Source: a virus. Taken from it: a stretch of DNA of 64,000 nt. Shown piece after piece: positions 8,459-18,652 of the stretch. How positions within the stretch are numbered: position 1 is the stretch's first letter; every line of letters begins with the position of its first letter. The notes beneath the pieces were generated by a model. That model searched no databases. It was not told where the DNA came from and saw nothing but the letters and a program-made list of their open reading frames with translations. The stretch spans positions 1 through 64,000 of IMG/VR virus record IMGVR_UViG_3300028591_000203; one strand, 5' to 3'. A program made the position numbers and the translations under genes.

Positions 8459-8971
8459 TTAACCCATGAATGGATTTACATTATTTAAGTATTTGTTGTC
8501 AAAAGAATTTTTATCTAAATGACCAAAATTTCTTTCGTCTGTATTCCATGCATAATAATCTGGCTGATATCTTTCAGGATGTTCATTTACAGTATGATTA
8601 TCAGGCATGATAGGTCTTCCATAAAGATCTTCAGTACGCTTTATTGGATGGTCATCATCAATACATCTTAAATCATGTATTGCACATTCACATTGATCAA
8701 AGTATTCTTCCTTAGATAATCTATGATCTACAACTGGAGGATTAATAAGTATAGAATTTTCACCATTGGAGATAGCTTCAACAATCATATCGAATATTTG
8801 TGCTACTGCTGCATAGTTACATGATTCATAAATACAAATTCCTTCATTTCTAGTAGTACCGATTATCTTATACTTAGGAAGTTCTTCATTAATTTTAATA
8901 CCATATATATCATGGGCAAATCTAGCTTCACGATCATTTCTAATAACAGTAATCATAAAACTACCTCCCAC
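8459..8971 (-). CDS. hypothetical protein
   Basis: ORF track. Cys/His-containing. No family recognised. Confidence 0.4.
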   Translation of the reverse strand: MGGSFMITVIRNDREARFAHDIYGIKINEELPKYKIIGTTRNEGICIYESCNYAAVAQIFDMIVEAISNGENSILINPPVVDHRLSKEEYFDQCECAIHDLRCIDDDHPIKRTEDLYGRPIMPDNHTVNEHPERYQPDYYAWNTDERNFGHLDKNSFDNKYLNNVNPFMG

Positions 8972-8976
8972 TTAAA

Positions 8977-10782
8977 TTAATTTATAATATCATTATCAGT
9001 TAATACAATTCTGTCATTAGCAGAAGCAGTTTTTGGAGAAGTTAAATCAATAACTCTTATAAAATCATTTTCAACTAAAGACTTACTAGAATCATATGTG
9101 TCAGATACCCAAGTACAGAAACCATGAGCATAATTTGCATCTGGAATAGCTACAAAGAATCTATGCATGATAGGAGTTCTTCTCTCAGTATCTTCTTTAG
9201 CATATACCTTTAATTCATAAACATGATTTTCAATAGCTTGCCATGCAAGTTCATCATGTATAAAATCAGAAAGAACTCTTACAACCTGATTTGTAACAGA
9301 GAGATCTTCTACAGTAACGGTATACTCATTTGCAGCACAATTCTGTACATTTACAGAAACTACAAACTTCATATCGACATCAAGATCTCTATTATCAGAA
9401 TCTGGTTCGATTGGTTCTGGTTCATTATTAAAGTCTCTACCAGACTTAGCGAATCTCATATCATATCTACCATTAAGACGAACTGCATTAACAAAATATC
9501 TTACACCATTATCCTGAAGAACAAAAGTTGTCTGAGGGATAGACTTATCAAGTTCATACCAAACACCATCGTAAGTTTCTTCCTTATAATACCAGTTAAA
9601 GTTCTCAACTAACTTATAGAATTTATCAGGAATCATGAAGAAACTCCATTCACCTGCTACATCCATATTAGTCTTAAATACCATGCTATCAAGGATACAA
9701 TCAAGTACATTCTTCTTTACAACAATAGTATCTCTAGGATTCATATTAGAGAAAGTAGAATGGAAATTCTTAGAAATCATTGTTCTAAGAGCATTTGGTG
9801 AAAGCTCTTTGATATTTGATTGAACAGATTCACCCATTGCAAAGCCACCATTACCATAATAGATACAAATTCTATCTCTAAATGGAGGAGGACATGGTGG
9901 GAAGAAAGGTGGAACTGGAGGTTCTGGTGGTAATGGACGAGGACAAGGAGGAGGACAAGGAGGAGGACAAGGAGGACATGGATGATGATCAGGATGGTGG
10001 TGATGATGATGTGGTGGTTGATATGGAGGATCATAAGGTGGACATGGAGGTTCAGGTCTAAAATGATCCTTACGATGTGGAGGATATGGGAATGGATGAC
10101 AATCAGGAATTGGACAAGGAGGAGGACAATTATCCTTTCTAGGCTCAAATCTAATTACGTCACCATCATTCTTTGGAACCTTACTATAATCAATCTCAAT
10201 ATCTGTTTCATTATAAGGTGGATAAGGATTTGGAATTCTAAAAGGCTCTTCAGCATATCTAGGCTCTCTAGTTAAATTTTCAAATACATCATACCAAGGA
10301 TTTTTTCTTGGATCACCAATATATCTTGGATCAATATCACTATCTGGAACATGAGCATCAAACTTGTCATTCTTATAGAACCAAGGCTGATAATGATCAT
10401 AAGGGAATGGTGGGAATGGTCCAGGACAAGGAGGAGGAGGACATGGATGAGGCATTGGAGTATCAGGAATCTTTTCTAAGTCAATATATCTCCAACCTCT
10501 TCTACATAAATAAATAAAGTTATCGAGATAGTTTTGAGCTTTATATAAATCTTTGCTTCTATATGTAGCGAAAGACTGTGTTAGCTCAGAATTAGTATAT
10601 AATACTACATCATAGAACACTTTATCGATAAAACGAGGATCTCTACGAGCAGGTAAGTTATGAACTGCCTTTGGAGGGTTAGGATAAGTTGTTTTTGATA
10701 TCTTAACTCTAGCACCATATACGGTAAAGATACCGACATCATAACGATAACATGTAACACTAAATGGCATCATATATATCAA
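8977..10782 (-). CDS. Cys-Pro-repeat / polyhistidine-rich protein (PCPPPPCPGP, CPPPCPIPDCHP, HHHHHHPDHHPCPPCPPPCPPPCPRP) with globular N- and C-terminal domains
   Basis: Composition read directly from the translation. The central ~250 aa are over 40% Pro with regularly spaced Cys and an H6 run. DNA in this segment is GC-richer (ggaggacaaggagg repeats). Confidence 0.5.
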   Translation of the reverse strand: MIYMMPFSVTCYRYDVGIFTVYGARVKISKTTYPNPPKAVHNLPARRDPRFIDKVFYDVVLYTNSELTQSFATYRSKDLYKAQNYLDNFIYLCRRGWRYIDLEKIPDTPMPHPCPPPPCPGPFPPFPYDHYQPWFYKNDKFDAHVPDSDIDPRYIGDPRKNPWYDVFENLTREPRYAEEPFRIPNPYPPYNETDIEIDYSKVPKNDGDVIRFEPRKDNCPPPCPIPDCHPFPYPPHRKDHFRPEPPCPPYDPPYQPPHHHHHHPDHHPCPPCPPPCPPPCPRPLPPEPPVPPFFPPCPPPFRDRICIYYGNGGFAMGESVQSNIKELSPNALRTMISKNFHSTFSNMNPRDTIVVKKNVLDCILDSMVFKTNMDVAGEWSFFMIPDKFYKLVENFNWYYKEETYDGVWYELDKSIPQTTFVLQDNGVRYFVNAVRLNGRYDMRFAKSGRDFNNEPEPIEPDSDNRDLDVDMKFVVSVNVQNCAANEYTVTVEDLSVTNQVVRVLSDFIHDELAWQAIENHVYELKVYAKEDTERRTPIMHRFFVAIPDANYAHGFCTWVSDTYDSSKSLVENDFIRVIDLTSPKTASANDRIVLTDNDIIN

Positions 10783-10828
10783 TCCTTTCTATAATATTTA
10801 GAATATTTCTATAAATGACTGTTATCTA

Positions 10829-12046
10829 TCATTTAAAATTAGCTCCGATTCTAATTGAAGGAGTTAAAGGCTCGTTCAATTTAGAAGCTTCAAAAGTAGA
10901 ACCTAATTCTTCATTTAAAAGATCTTTAAACATAGATTCAGTAATAAAATCATTTCTTAAAAATGCAATATCTTCTTCTATACCTTCAATATTATAGCTT
11001 TCAAATAGATTTAAAATAGAATTCTTATCTAAAAGCATTATATTTTCCAAAGATTCGTTAACAGGTTGCTGTTCTTGAACATTTTGCTGTGGATTTTGAT
11101 TATTATTTTGCTTTTTATTCTTTTTATCCATAAAGAAGCCTTTTACTTTTTTTCCTACATTAGATATAGCATTTTTTGCTCTTTTAAAAATACCTTGTTT
11201 TTGCTGATTTTGCTGTTGATTTTGATTATTATCATTTGCTGGAGGATTTTGCTGTTGAGTATTATTTGTTTGAGCATTTTGCTGTTGAGTATTATTTGTT
11301 TGAGCATTTTGCTGTTGAGTATTATTTGTTTGAGCATTTTGCTGCTGATTTTGATTTTGATTATTAGCATTTGTTTCATTATTATTTTGTCTTGCAATTC
11401 TATTCTCTGCAGCAGTTGCTAAACGCTTACCTTTGTCAGAATTTGCATCTACTTCATAAGTTTTACCTTTAGCATTGACTCTTTTAATTACTTCTTTTCC
11501 TTCAGGACCATTTTCTCCAGCTTGTTTAGAGCCTAATTGCATACTTTGAGTTTTATTTGTAACTCCATTTTGATCTGCGTATGTAGTAGTCTTTGTAGCA
11601 TTAGCCATTTGGTTATTTGCTTTATTTTGTGATAAAGATATACCTGCTACATTTTTAATAGCACCCATAGTGCCACCGCTAGCTTGAGCCATATTTTTAA
11701 GGTTAGTTCCCATATTTTTAATACCAGTTTGACCACCATTAGCTGTAGCATAGGCATTACCTGCATTATATGCTTTCTTAGCAGCTACGGCTGTTCCTGC
11801 TACTGCAGCACCTGCAGCCAATCCGCCCATTAATTTCTTAAAGAATCCTTCGTTTAATAATAAATTTTGCATATATTCAGTTTTTGTTAAAGGTTCTATA
11901 TCATTAACTTCACAATTTTCTAAATATGCATCATATGATTTTAAAATATAATTTTCGCAAACAGAGATAGTTTTTTGATCAGCTGGATTATCAACATCAC
12001 ACTCGGCTAGTCTAGTTACACATTCTGCCAAAATCTCTAATTTCAT
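10829..12046 (-). CDS. Q/N-repeat plus glycine-zipper protein (NAQTNNTQQQ x4; GGLAAGAAVAGTAVAAKKAY)
   Basis: RBS AAGGAAGGTG is followed by ATG of MKLEIL; the ORF track starts 3 codons earlier. 30-bp tandem repeats at 11220-11345. Ala/Gly zipper segment. Lys-rich middle. Confidence 0.5.
   Translation of the reverse strand: MKLEILAECVTRLAECDVDNPADQKTISVCENYILKSYDAYLENCEVNDIEPLTKTEYMQNLLLNEGFFKKLMGGLAAGAAVAGTAVAAKKAYNAGNAYATANGGQTGIKNMGTNLKNMAQASGGTMGAIKNVAGISLSQNKANNQMANATKTTTYADQNGVTNKTQSMQLGSKQAGENGPEGKEVIKRVNAKGKTYEVDANSDKGKRLATAAENRIARQNNNETNANNQNQNQQQNAQTNNTQQQNAQTNNTQQQNAQTNNTQQQNPPANDNNQNQQQNQQKQGIFKRAKNAISNVGKKVKGFFMDKKNKKQNNNQNPQQNVQEQQPVNESLENIMLLDKNSILNLFESYNIEGIEEDIAFLRNDFITESMFKDLLNEELGSTFEASKLNEPLTPSIRIGANFK
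11215..11345. repeat. 30-bp in-frame tandem repeat (about 4 copies) inside the 10829-12046 CDS
   Basis: ttgctgttgagtattatttgtttgagcatt repeated. Encodes QQQNAQTNNT. Confidence 0.8.
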
Positions 12047-12104
12047 GAAAATCACCTTCCTTTTTTAATAAATAAATTATAAGAGATTGTTAAAATTATA
12101 AAAA

Positions 12105-12150
12105 ATTTCCAGATTATGTTAAAACATAATCTGGAATTATTTTATTTTTT
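12105..12150. terminator. intrinsic terminator between tandem minus-strand genes
   Basis: ccagattatgtt/aacataatctgg hairpin with T-runs on both sides. Confidence 0.6.
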
Positions 12151-13290
12151 AATAGGTTCACCATATTTTTCTAAAGTAGGCATTAATATTCTTTCTAATT
12201 GTAACCTATTCTTACCATCTAAAATACAGCCAGCAGCATATTCATGACCACCGCCACCGTACATTCTAGCAATTCTAGCACAATCGATATCTTCAAGTAC
12301 TCTTCTAAAATTTATACTACCATATTTAAATGATACATTTACAATATATTTAATATTATAACGAATATAAATTTCTTTTCTATTAATAGCTTCTCTAATC
12401 ATATCACAAATTAAAGAAGTATTATCATCACTTCTGATTATAATATATTGGCAATCTGGATGAGGGAAACCATCTTCATCAATATGATCAAGTACTACAG
12501 ACGTCATTAATGCTTTTTGATAATCTCTATTAATTTGATCCATTAATTCTCTTAATATAGTTTTTTCAGTTTTATTGAAATAAAAAGCTAAACCATCTTT
12601 TTGAAGCTGCATTAAAAAGAATTTACTTCTATTCATATGAGAAAATACAAGATTAAGATCCCTTGCAATAATATTATTATTATCTTTCCACTCAAAAGTA
12701 TCCCAATCATGAACATGCTTTAAATAGCTTGAAAGCCATAATTTAACATCTTCAATTTTATCAGCTTCTGCTCCAATAGTTGCCTCTGTCCAAACTCTAG
12801 ATTGATTATTCTTAAAGAAATTAAATAATTGATAACTAGCACAATAAGATAAATCATTATAATATTCAATTTTTGGAAAAAGCTCTTCAACTCTTCCTCT
12901 GAATGTTATTTCACTATCTTCATGATGATCAATAAAGAATATTTTCTTGAATATACTAGATCTACCCTTAGCTGGATCGTTTAATTTAATTGTGAAATCT
13001 CTTAGTGGTTTATAAATATTATCGTAAAAATTTTGTTTTGTAAAATTTAAATCAGTAATAAAAACAAAATCAAATTTTTTTATACCGTCTTCATTATCAA
13101 TATCAATAAAATCTTTAATCTTATAATATTCATCATAACCAATAAATTCTATATCAAATGTAAAATATTTAGAGTTATAAAACTTTCTAAGAGCTAAGGC
13201 ACAACTTACACCATCCAAATCATTATGAGTGAACATTTTTACTCTAACAGTTGTAATATTAGAGATAATCTCTATATCCTTCATAGTCAT
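12142..13290 (-). CDS. DHH/DHHA1-family phosphoesterase (NrnA/RecJ-core-like)
   Basis: N-terminal DHH motifs FTHNDLDGVSCALAL. Further motifs FITD and IDHH. C-terminal DHHA1 GGGGH motif. True start at 13290 (AGGAGG then ATGACTATGAAG) rather than the ORF track's 13368. Confidence 0.75.
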   Translation of the reverse strand: MTMKDIEIISNITTVRVKMFTHNDLDGVSCALALRKFYNSKYFTFDIEFIGYDEYYKIKDFIDIDNEDGIKKFDFVFITDLNFTKQNFYDNIYKPLRDFTIKLNDPAKGRSSIFKKIFFIDHHEDSEITFRGRVEELFPKIEYYNDLSYCASYQLFNFFKNNQSRVWTEATIGAEADKIEDVKLWLSSYLKHVHDWDTFEWKDNNNIIARDLNLVFSHMNRSKFFLMQLQKDGLAFYFNKTEKTILRELMDQINRDYQKALMTSVVLDHIDEDGFPHPDCQYIIIRSDDNTSLICDMIREAINRKEIYIRYNIKYIVNVSFKYGSINFRRVLEDIDCARIARMYGGGGHEYAAGCILDGKNRLQLERILMPTLEKYGEPIKK

Positions 13291-14005
13291 ATCCTCCTGT
13301 ATGATAAAGTTCATTATTAAACTCTCGATCAATTGCAGAAAGAGCTGAAGGCTTATCAAATAAATCAACAGACTTAGATCTATCTACTGGATTCTGAGTT
13401 AATAATTTCAAAATACAATTTTGTTTATCCTCACCCATTTTAATAAATCCATTAGACTCAAAAAATCTTATTTTAGATTCTTCAGCTTTATTAATAACTG
13501 CTTTATTTGCTGAAAGACTCGTTTTTGCCATTTGAAGTAAATCTTTACCAAATCTTAATCCTTGGTATTTTGGATTAATTTCAAAAATAGTAATAATATT
13601 ATGCTCATTTTTACTTTCAACTTCTACTCTAGCAACTTGATTATTAAATTCATCAAAAAATCTATAACCTCTTACTCTAATTCTATATGCTTTTGGAGTA
13701 CCATATTTATCATCATAATAATGATTATAAAAAGTTTCATAACTTTTTCTTGTAAACTCAAGAAGCTCAATAGGTTTCTTAAGATCTTCCATCATAGTTT
13801 TCTTTTTAGCTTTAGCTATTGCTATCTGCTTTGTCATTGGATTTTTAATACCTGCAAATCTACTTTTCTTAACAAATTTAGGCCTAGTTAATGATGGAGC
13901 ATTAACTTGCTGACCATTTTTATGACCTACTAAACCAAATCTAGTCCAAGTTGGATGAGTTGAAGTATAAGTTTTTGGACCACTTCGTTCATTTAAAATT
14001 TTCAT
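13259..14005 (-). CDS. GNAT-family N-acetyltransferase-like protein
   Basis: IFEINPKYQGLRFGKDLL (motif A Q/R-x-x-G-x-G/A) plus FFESNGF. Overlaps the downstream DHH gene by about 30 nt. Confidence 0.45.
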   Translation of the reverse strand: MKILNERSGPKTYTSTHPTWTRFGLVGHKNGQQVNAPSLTRPKFVKKSRFAGIKNPMTKQIAIAKAKKKTMMEDLKKPIELLEFTRKSYETFYNHYYDDKYGTPKAYRIRVRGYRFFDEFNNQVARVEVESKNEHNIITIFEINPKYQGLRFGKDLLQMAKTSLSANKAVINKAEESKIRFFESNGFIKMGEDKQNCILKLLTQNPVDRSKSVDLFDKPSALSAIDREFNNELYHTGGYDYEGYRDYL

Positions 14006-14140
14006 AAATAATTCATCTCCTTATATAAAGTAATCTAATAATCCAATGTTTTTTGTAAGAACTTATTCATTATTAATATATTTAAATTTAAATTTTTAAT
14101 ATAATATTTTATTATCAGGCAATTTAAAGGAGATGATTAA

Positions 14141-14818
14141 ATGAAGGTTATGACTATGAAACAATTCTTACAGAATCCATCTGGAAGCTATTCTGCAAGT
14201 TTTGCAAGAAGAGATCTCATAATTGCTAATCTAGAAGATCGTTTTGCTAAACTTTATCAAAAAAGAAAGCAAGATTTTAAAATAAAAGTTTTTAGAGGAT
14301 CAAATAAAAATGATTTCTTTTTCTATATTCAAGTACCAAGTGAAAAATATGATAAGATTGTATATGATGTAGTAATACAATTTACACCATTAAATATATC
14401 AGCAATGTCCGCTCCAAATATAGATAATTATGGTGTAAAAGTATTTAGTAATAGTTTAAATTTTACATTTACATACTGTTATTGGTATAACCAAGATGGA
14501 ATTGTTATATCTCAGTTAAAAGACAAATTTTCTGGAAAAGCACTTACTGATAAACCAGTAGTTAAAAATAATGAAGGTATTTATGGTTTTGAAAAGTCAG
14601 TTTATTTCGCAATGCTTTTTATTAAATATAATGAACTTAATAAAAAAGCAAATATACTTAAAGTATTGGATAATAATATGACAATTGCTAAATTGAAACC
14701 ATCTATTAAAAGTGCTAATTCAAAGATTATTGAATATAATCTTACTAAAAAAGCAAATGGAGATGAAAATAAAAAAGCTAAGAAAAAAGGATTATCCAAT
14801 CAACCATTTAAGCTTTAA
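14141..14818 (+). CDS. hypothetical protein
   Basis: ORF track. RBS AAAGGAG. TTTAAATTTAAAT motif upstream. Confidence 0.4.
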   Translation: MKVMTMKQFLQNPSGSYSASFARRDLIIANLEDRFAKLYQKRKQDFKIKVFRGSNKNDFFFYIQVPSEKYDKIVYDVVIQFTPLNISAMSAPNIDNYGVKVFSNSLNFTFTYCYWYNQDGIVISQLKDKFSGKALTDKPVVKNNEGIYGFEKSVYFAMLFIKYNELNKKANILKVLDNNMTIAKLKPSIKSANSKIIEYNLTKKANGDENKKAKKKGLSNQPFKL

Positions 14819-14874
14819 AATATATATTATATATATGTCGAAAGACAAACTACGAATTAGGAGGAATATAATTT

Positions 14875-16374
14875 ATGGCTACAAAAGGATTAAGTACAGA
14901 AGAGCTTATCGCAATGTTTGATAGCCCACTCGAACAATATGAAGATGGCACATATGAGTATGCTGTTTTTGATCAAGACAGTCATTGCATTTGTGTCAAA
15001 TTTGATAAAATCTTTGATCGAGAGGATATTAAGCAGCATAATATTTTCAGAATTCAGCATAAAAGATATTATTCTGAAGGAACAGCAAACAGTTCTTCAA
15101 AGCCAATGCTGCCAACTATCTGTAATGATTTGAATTATATTTTCAATCAGAATAATGATTCAATCAGACAGTATGCTGCATTTTCAATGAAGATTGCTTT
15201 GAAGGATAAGAAACCATATCCAGTTGAAAAATTCAAGGATGATATCTATGACTTTATCGACTCTATTAGAGAAGATATTGTTACTTATGTTGAAGAGAAT
15301 TATGAACTTAATTTGAGTGAGTCAAATGACAAAATTAATACTGACCTGCAGGTAACAGATGATATGAATAAAGTATTTATTGAATCTGCTATTGGTATGA
15401 GAGCTGTTATTCCAATTGTCTGCGATTATACTAGTAATGAAAAAATCGATAAGATCTTTTATGAGATCTTTAGAAATATTATGATTAAATTCGCAGAAAT
15501 CGATAAAGATAATAACAATCCTCTAACTAAACTCAGATCAATTGTTAGATCAAGAGTTGAACAGACTAAGTACGCTAATAAGAAAATCTGGAGATTTATT
15601 AGTAACTATACTACAGATATGACTATTATTTGTGAACAGTTCAATGTTTCTCTTATTGAAAGTATTATTCCTAAGCTGGATATTAACAGATCTGCAATCA
15701 AGTATATTGATGTAGTATTAAGAAAGAAACTTGAATTTGCTTTTACATTTAACTTTTCATATGAATATCGCCCACTAAGAAATCTTGAGAACGATGATGA
15801 TACTGATGAAAGAGATCGTTTAAATGAAACTATTTTCACCAGTAGAAAAAATGAAGCTGCATTAGTTCTTAATAAACTAACAATTAAGCAGCATATCGGA
15901 CAGTATATTTCAGATAATGATATTACTGATTCTGATATTAATGAATTTAAAAAAAAGAATCTGAAGAATAAAAATCTTAATAATATTCAGAACTATTTTC
16001 TGTTTATTACATTTGGAAAGATTTTTGAAGTAAATATTGCAACAGAAGCAGATAGAGTAATTCTTCTCTATGAGCTTATTAATGACTTAAAAGAACAGGG
16101 ATTTTCTGAAATTCCAAAGCTTTTATCAAGTACTGTTGAAAATCAGGTTGATATCAGAAATAAAGTTCCTGCAAAGAGACTTAAATCTCAGGATGGTTTC
16201 TTAAAGATTGTTAAGAAGTATGAGCCTGTTGTTGATATTATCGAAAATGATAATTTTATCGTAAAGATGACAAGTTTTAAAAACTACAATTATTTTGATG
16301 AAAATAACAATCCAGTTACTTTCAATCCAAATAATTTTGAAAGAGAAATAATTAGTTTTATCCTGTCTCTTTAA
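14875..16374 (+). CDS. hypothetical protein (499 aa)
   Basis: ORF track. RBS AGGAGGAAT. No motif recognised. Confidence 0.4.
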   Translation: MATKGLSTEELIAMFDSPLEQYEDGTYEYAVFDQDSHCICVKFDKIFDREDIKQHNIFRIQHKRYYSEGTANSSSKPMLPTICNDLNYIFNQNNDSIRQYAAFSMKIALKDKKPYPVEKFKDDIYDFIDSIREDIVTYVEENYELNLSESNDKINTDLQVTDDMNKVFIESAIGMRAVIPIVCDYTSNEKIDKIFYEIFRNIMIKFAEIDKDNNNPLTKLRSIVRSRVEQTKYANKKIWRFISNYTTDMTIICEQFNVSLIESIIPKLDINRSAIKYIDVVLRKKLEFAFTFNFSYEYRPLRNLENDDDTDERDRLNETIFTSRKNEAALVLNKLTIKQHIGQYISDNDITDSDINEFKKKNLKNKNLNNIQNYFLFITFGKIFEVNIATEADRVILLYELINDLKEQGFSEIPKLLSSTVENQVDIRNKVPAKRLKSQDGFLKIVKKYEPVVDIIENDNFIVKMTSFKNYNYFDENNNPVTFNPNNFEREIISFILSL

Positions 16375-16446
16375 TTTATTATAATTCCTTAATGCCTTAA
16401 AAATAAAGGCATTAAGGAATAATTTTTTATAATAGGAGGTGACATA

Positions 16447-17481
16447 ATGATAAATACTAATTATGATTTTACAGTATATGAATATCTCAAGAAAAATTTA
16501 AAATTATGTAATATCAGTACAGATAAATCAGAAACTATTGTAAGATGCCCATATTGCGGAGATAGTTTAAATTTAAATCATGCTCATTTGTATATCAATA
16601 ATAATCCGCCTTATAAATATTATTGTCAGAAATGTTCCGTTACAGGAATTGTAGATAGTAAGTTCTTAAGAGATTTAAGTTTGTATGATCCAGAAATAAT
16701 TGAACACGTTACAAAAAGTAAAGCAAAATACATCAAAGATCTTAATAAAAAGTATGGAAATAACTTTTTAGAAATATTTAATAAAGAATTTGATGTTCTA
16801 CCAAATGAATTCGGTAAAAAAGAATTACAAAAGTTGAAATATATTAATAATCGTTTAGGTATTAGTATAGATACTGAAGAACTTATAAGTAAATATAAAA
16901 TCATTTTAAATATATCGGATTTCTTTGAGAATAATAACTTAACAATGAATAAATTCTATAAAGACAATTTAGCTAAATTACAAAATAAGTATGTTGGATT
17001 TTTATTGAATGATAATAATATGATATGCTTTAGAGATATAACTGGAAAACAAGAAATGAGATATATCAATAAAAAGATATATAGTGAAAATTTATTTCAG
17101 AGTAGAAAATTTTACACTATTGGAAATTCTATTGATTTATCTCAAGAAGTATATAATTTGTATTTAACTGAAGGAATATTTGATATATTAGGTGTATTCA
17201 ATCATATATATGATTGTAAACAAAATTCTAATGATTTATTTATTTCTTGTAATGGTAAATCATATAATTTTGTATTAAAATACCTTCAATCATTAGGTAT
17301 TTTAAACTGTAATGTTAATATCTTTTCAGATAATGATGTCTCCAAAGAAAAAATGATTAATATGGTCAAATATAATTATATTACTAAATTTAATGGAGCA
17401 ACTTTATACTATAATACTATTGGTAAAGATTATGGTGTAAAGAAAGACGAAATTATATTGTCTGAAGGATATGAAATATAG
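16447..17481 (+). CDS. DnaG-type DNA primase (Zn-ribbon plus TOPRIM)
   Basis: CPYCGD...H...CQKCS zinc-binding domain. TOPRIM motifs LYLTEGIFD and IFSDNDVS. Confidence 0.6.
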   Translation: MINTNYDFTVYEYLKKNLKLCNISTDKSETIVRCPYCGDSLNLNHAHLYINNNPPYKYYCQKCSVTGIVDSKFLRDLSLYDPEIIEHVTKSKAKYIKDLNKKYGNNFLEIFNKEFDVLPNEFGKKELQKLKYINNRLGISIDTEELISKYKIILNISDFFENNNLTMNKFYKDNLAKLQNKYVGFLLNDNNMICFRDITGKQEMRYINKKIYSENLFQSRKFYTIGNSIDLSQEVYNLYLTEGIFDILGVFNHIYDCKQNSNDLFISCNGKSYNFVLKYLQSLGILNCNVNIFSDNDVSKEKMINMVKYNYITKFNGATLYYNTIGKDYGVKKDEIILSEGYEI

Positions 17482-17489
17482 GAGGAGAT

Positions 17490-18596
17490 TTGATGTTTGA
17501 AGATATTGAAAAAATATTAAACACTAAGAAAATTCGTTATGACTATATGAATGAGCTTTTCAGAAAATTTAGAAAAGCTTTCATTCCAAACTCTACAATA
17601 AATATTTTTATAGATATACCATCAACTGTAAAACAGCTATATAACCCTGAAAATATTAAAGGATTATCTGGAACTATCAATAAAAAAGATAAATATATTA
17701 TTGCATCAACACTTCTTAATATGATTGGACATTACAGACATTATTTTGCAACAAGATATCAGTGTTATACAAATATTGTATTTATGTATAATTCTAAAAT
17801 TGATAGTAAAATCAAAAATGATATCGATCCAGAATATAAGAAAACTTATTATGAAAAAAGATTTCTTTTAGAGAATCCGATATTTGCTGATTTAAATCTT
17901 ATTCTTAAAGACAATTATAAGATAATGAAAAGTATTATTGATTTTCTTCCACATTGCTATTTTATTGATAGTACTTATAGAGATTATCGTTGTATTTTTC
18001 CTTTTATGATTGAACAAGAAGAATTTGAAGATAATATCAATATCATTATTACTACAGATAAGCTTATGTATCAAAATATGCTTATTGGTGAGACTATTAT
18101 TCTTCAACCAAAGGGTGATAGATCTAATGTGCTGACTTCTAATTATATTATATCTGAAGTAGCTGGAAATTCAAAAACTATTCAAAATAATCCAGATTAT
18201 CTTACAATTAATCCAGAAAATATTTTGTTAATTGAAAGTATGATAAATCATAAGGATTTAGACACTACTGGTATAAGAAATTTTAGTTATTTAAAGGCTA
18301 TTACATTTCTTAATAAAAATGATATTGATATCAATAATATCGTTATCAATCCAGATTCTCTTAATGAAATTTTTAAAGGACTATTAACTAAAGATGAATT
18401 AGATAAAGTAAAAACTAATTTTAAAATTTATAATAATTTTTACTTATCTAAAAGCTATGAAAAAGATCTTGAAGTAATGTATGCTTCAAGTAATAAGTTT
18501 ATTGAAGATTATGATGAACTTAGAAAAACAAATGAAGTATTTTTCACTAAGCATCCTTTAAATTTAGATTTTTACTTCAACGGAGAGGTTGATTAA
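17490..18596 (+). CDS. T4 RNase H-like 5'-3' exonuclease / flap endonuclease
   Basis: Alignable blocks to T4 RNase H: IFIDIPS~CLIDFSQ, YIIASTLLNM~IALSTALVNF, YKKTYYEKR~YYKKNRGK, NIIITTDKL~LIISSDGDF. Some acidic residues are substituted. Confidence 0.5.
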   Translation: MMFEDIEKILNTKKIRYDYMNELFRKFRKAFIPNSTINIFIDIPSTVKQLYNPENIKGLSGTINKKDKYIIASTLLNMIGHYRHYFATRYQCYTNIVFMYNSKIDSKIKNDIDPEYKKTYYEKRFLLENPIFADLNLILKDNYKIMKSIIDFLPHCYFIDSTYRDYRCIFPFMIEQEEFEDNINIIITTDKLMYQNMLIGETIILQPKGDRSNVLTSNYIISEVAGNSKTIQNNPDYLTINPENILLIESMINHKDLDTTGIRNFSYLKAITFLNKNDIDINNIVINPDSLNEIFKGLLTKDELDKVKTNFKIYNNFYLSKSYEKDLEVMYASSNKFIEDYDELRKTNEVFFTKHPLNLDFYFNGEVD

Positions 18597-18652
18597 AATT
18601 TAAATTTTGGAAAAATAATATATTATCATTTTAATTTTAGGAGGAATAAACT

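Noticed and set aside
8400-8460. GC-rich imperfect hairpin considered as a tRNA
   Set aside because: It has no T-arm GTTCGAATC-like box or cloverleaf proportions. It is better explained as an imperfect hairpin in the spacer between two minus-strand genes. No convincing tRNA was seen anywhere in the window.
11215-11345. Tandem 30-bp direct repeats that could look like a CRISPR array or satellite
   Set aside because: The repeats are perfectly in frame inside a long ORF and encode NAQTNNTQQQ units. There are no unique spacers and no leader or cas context.
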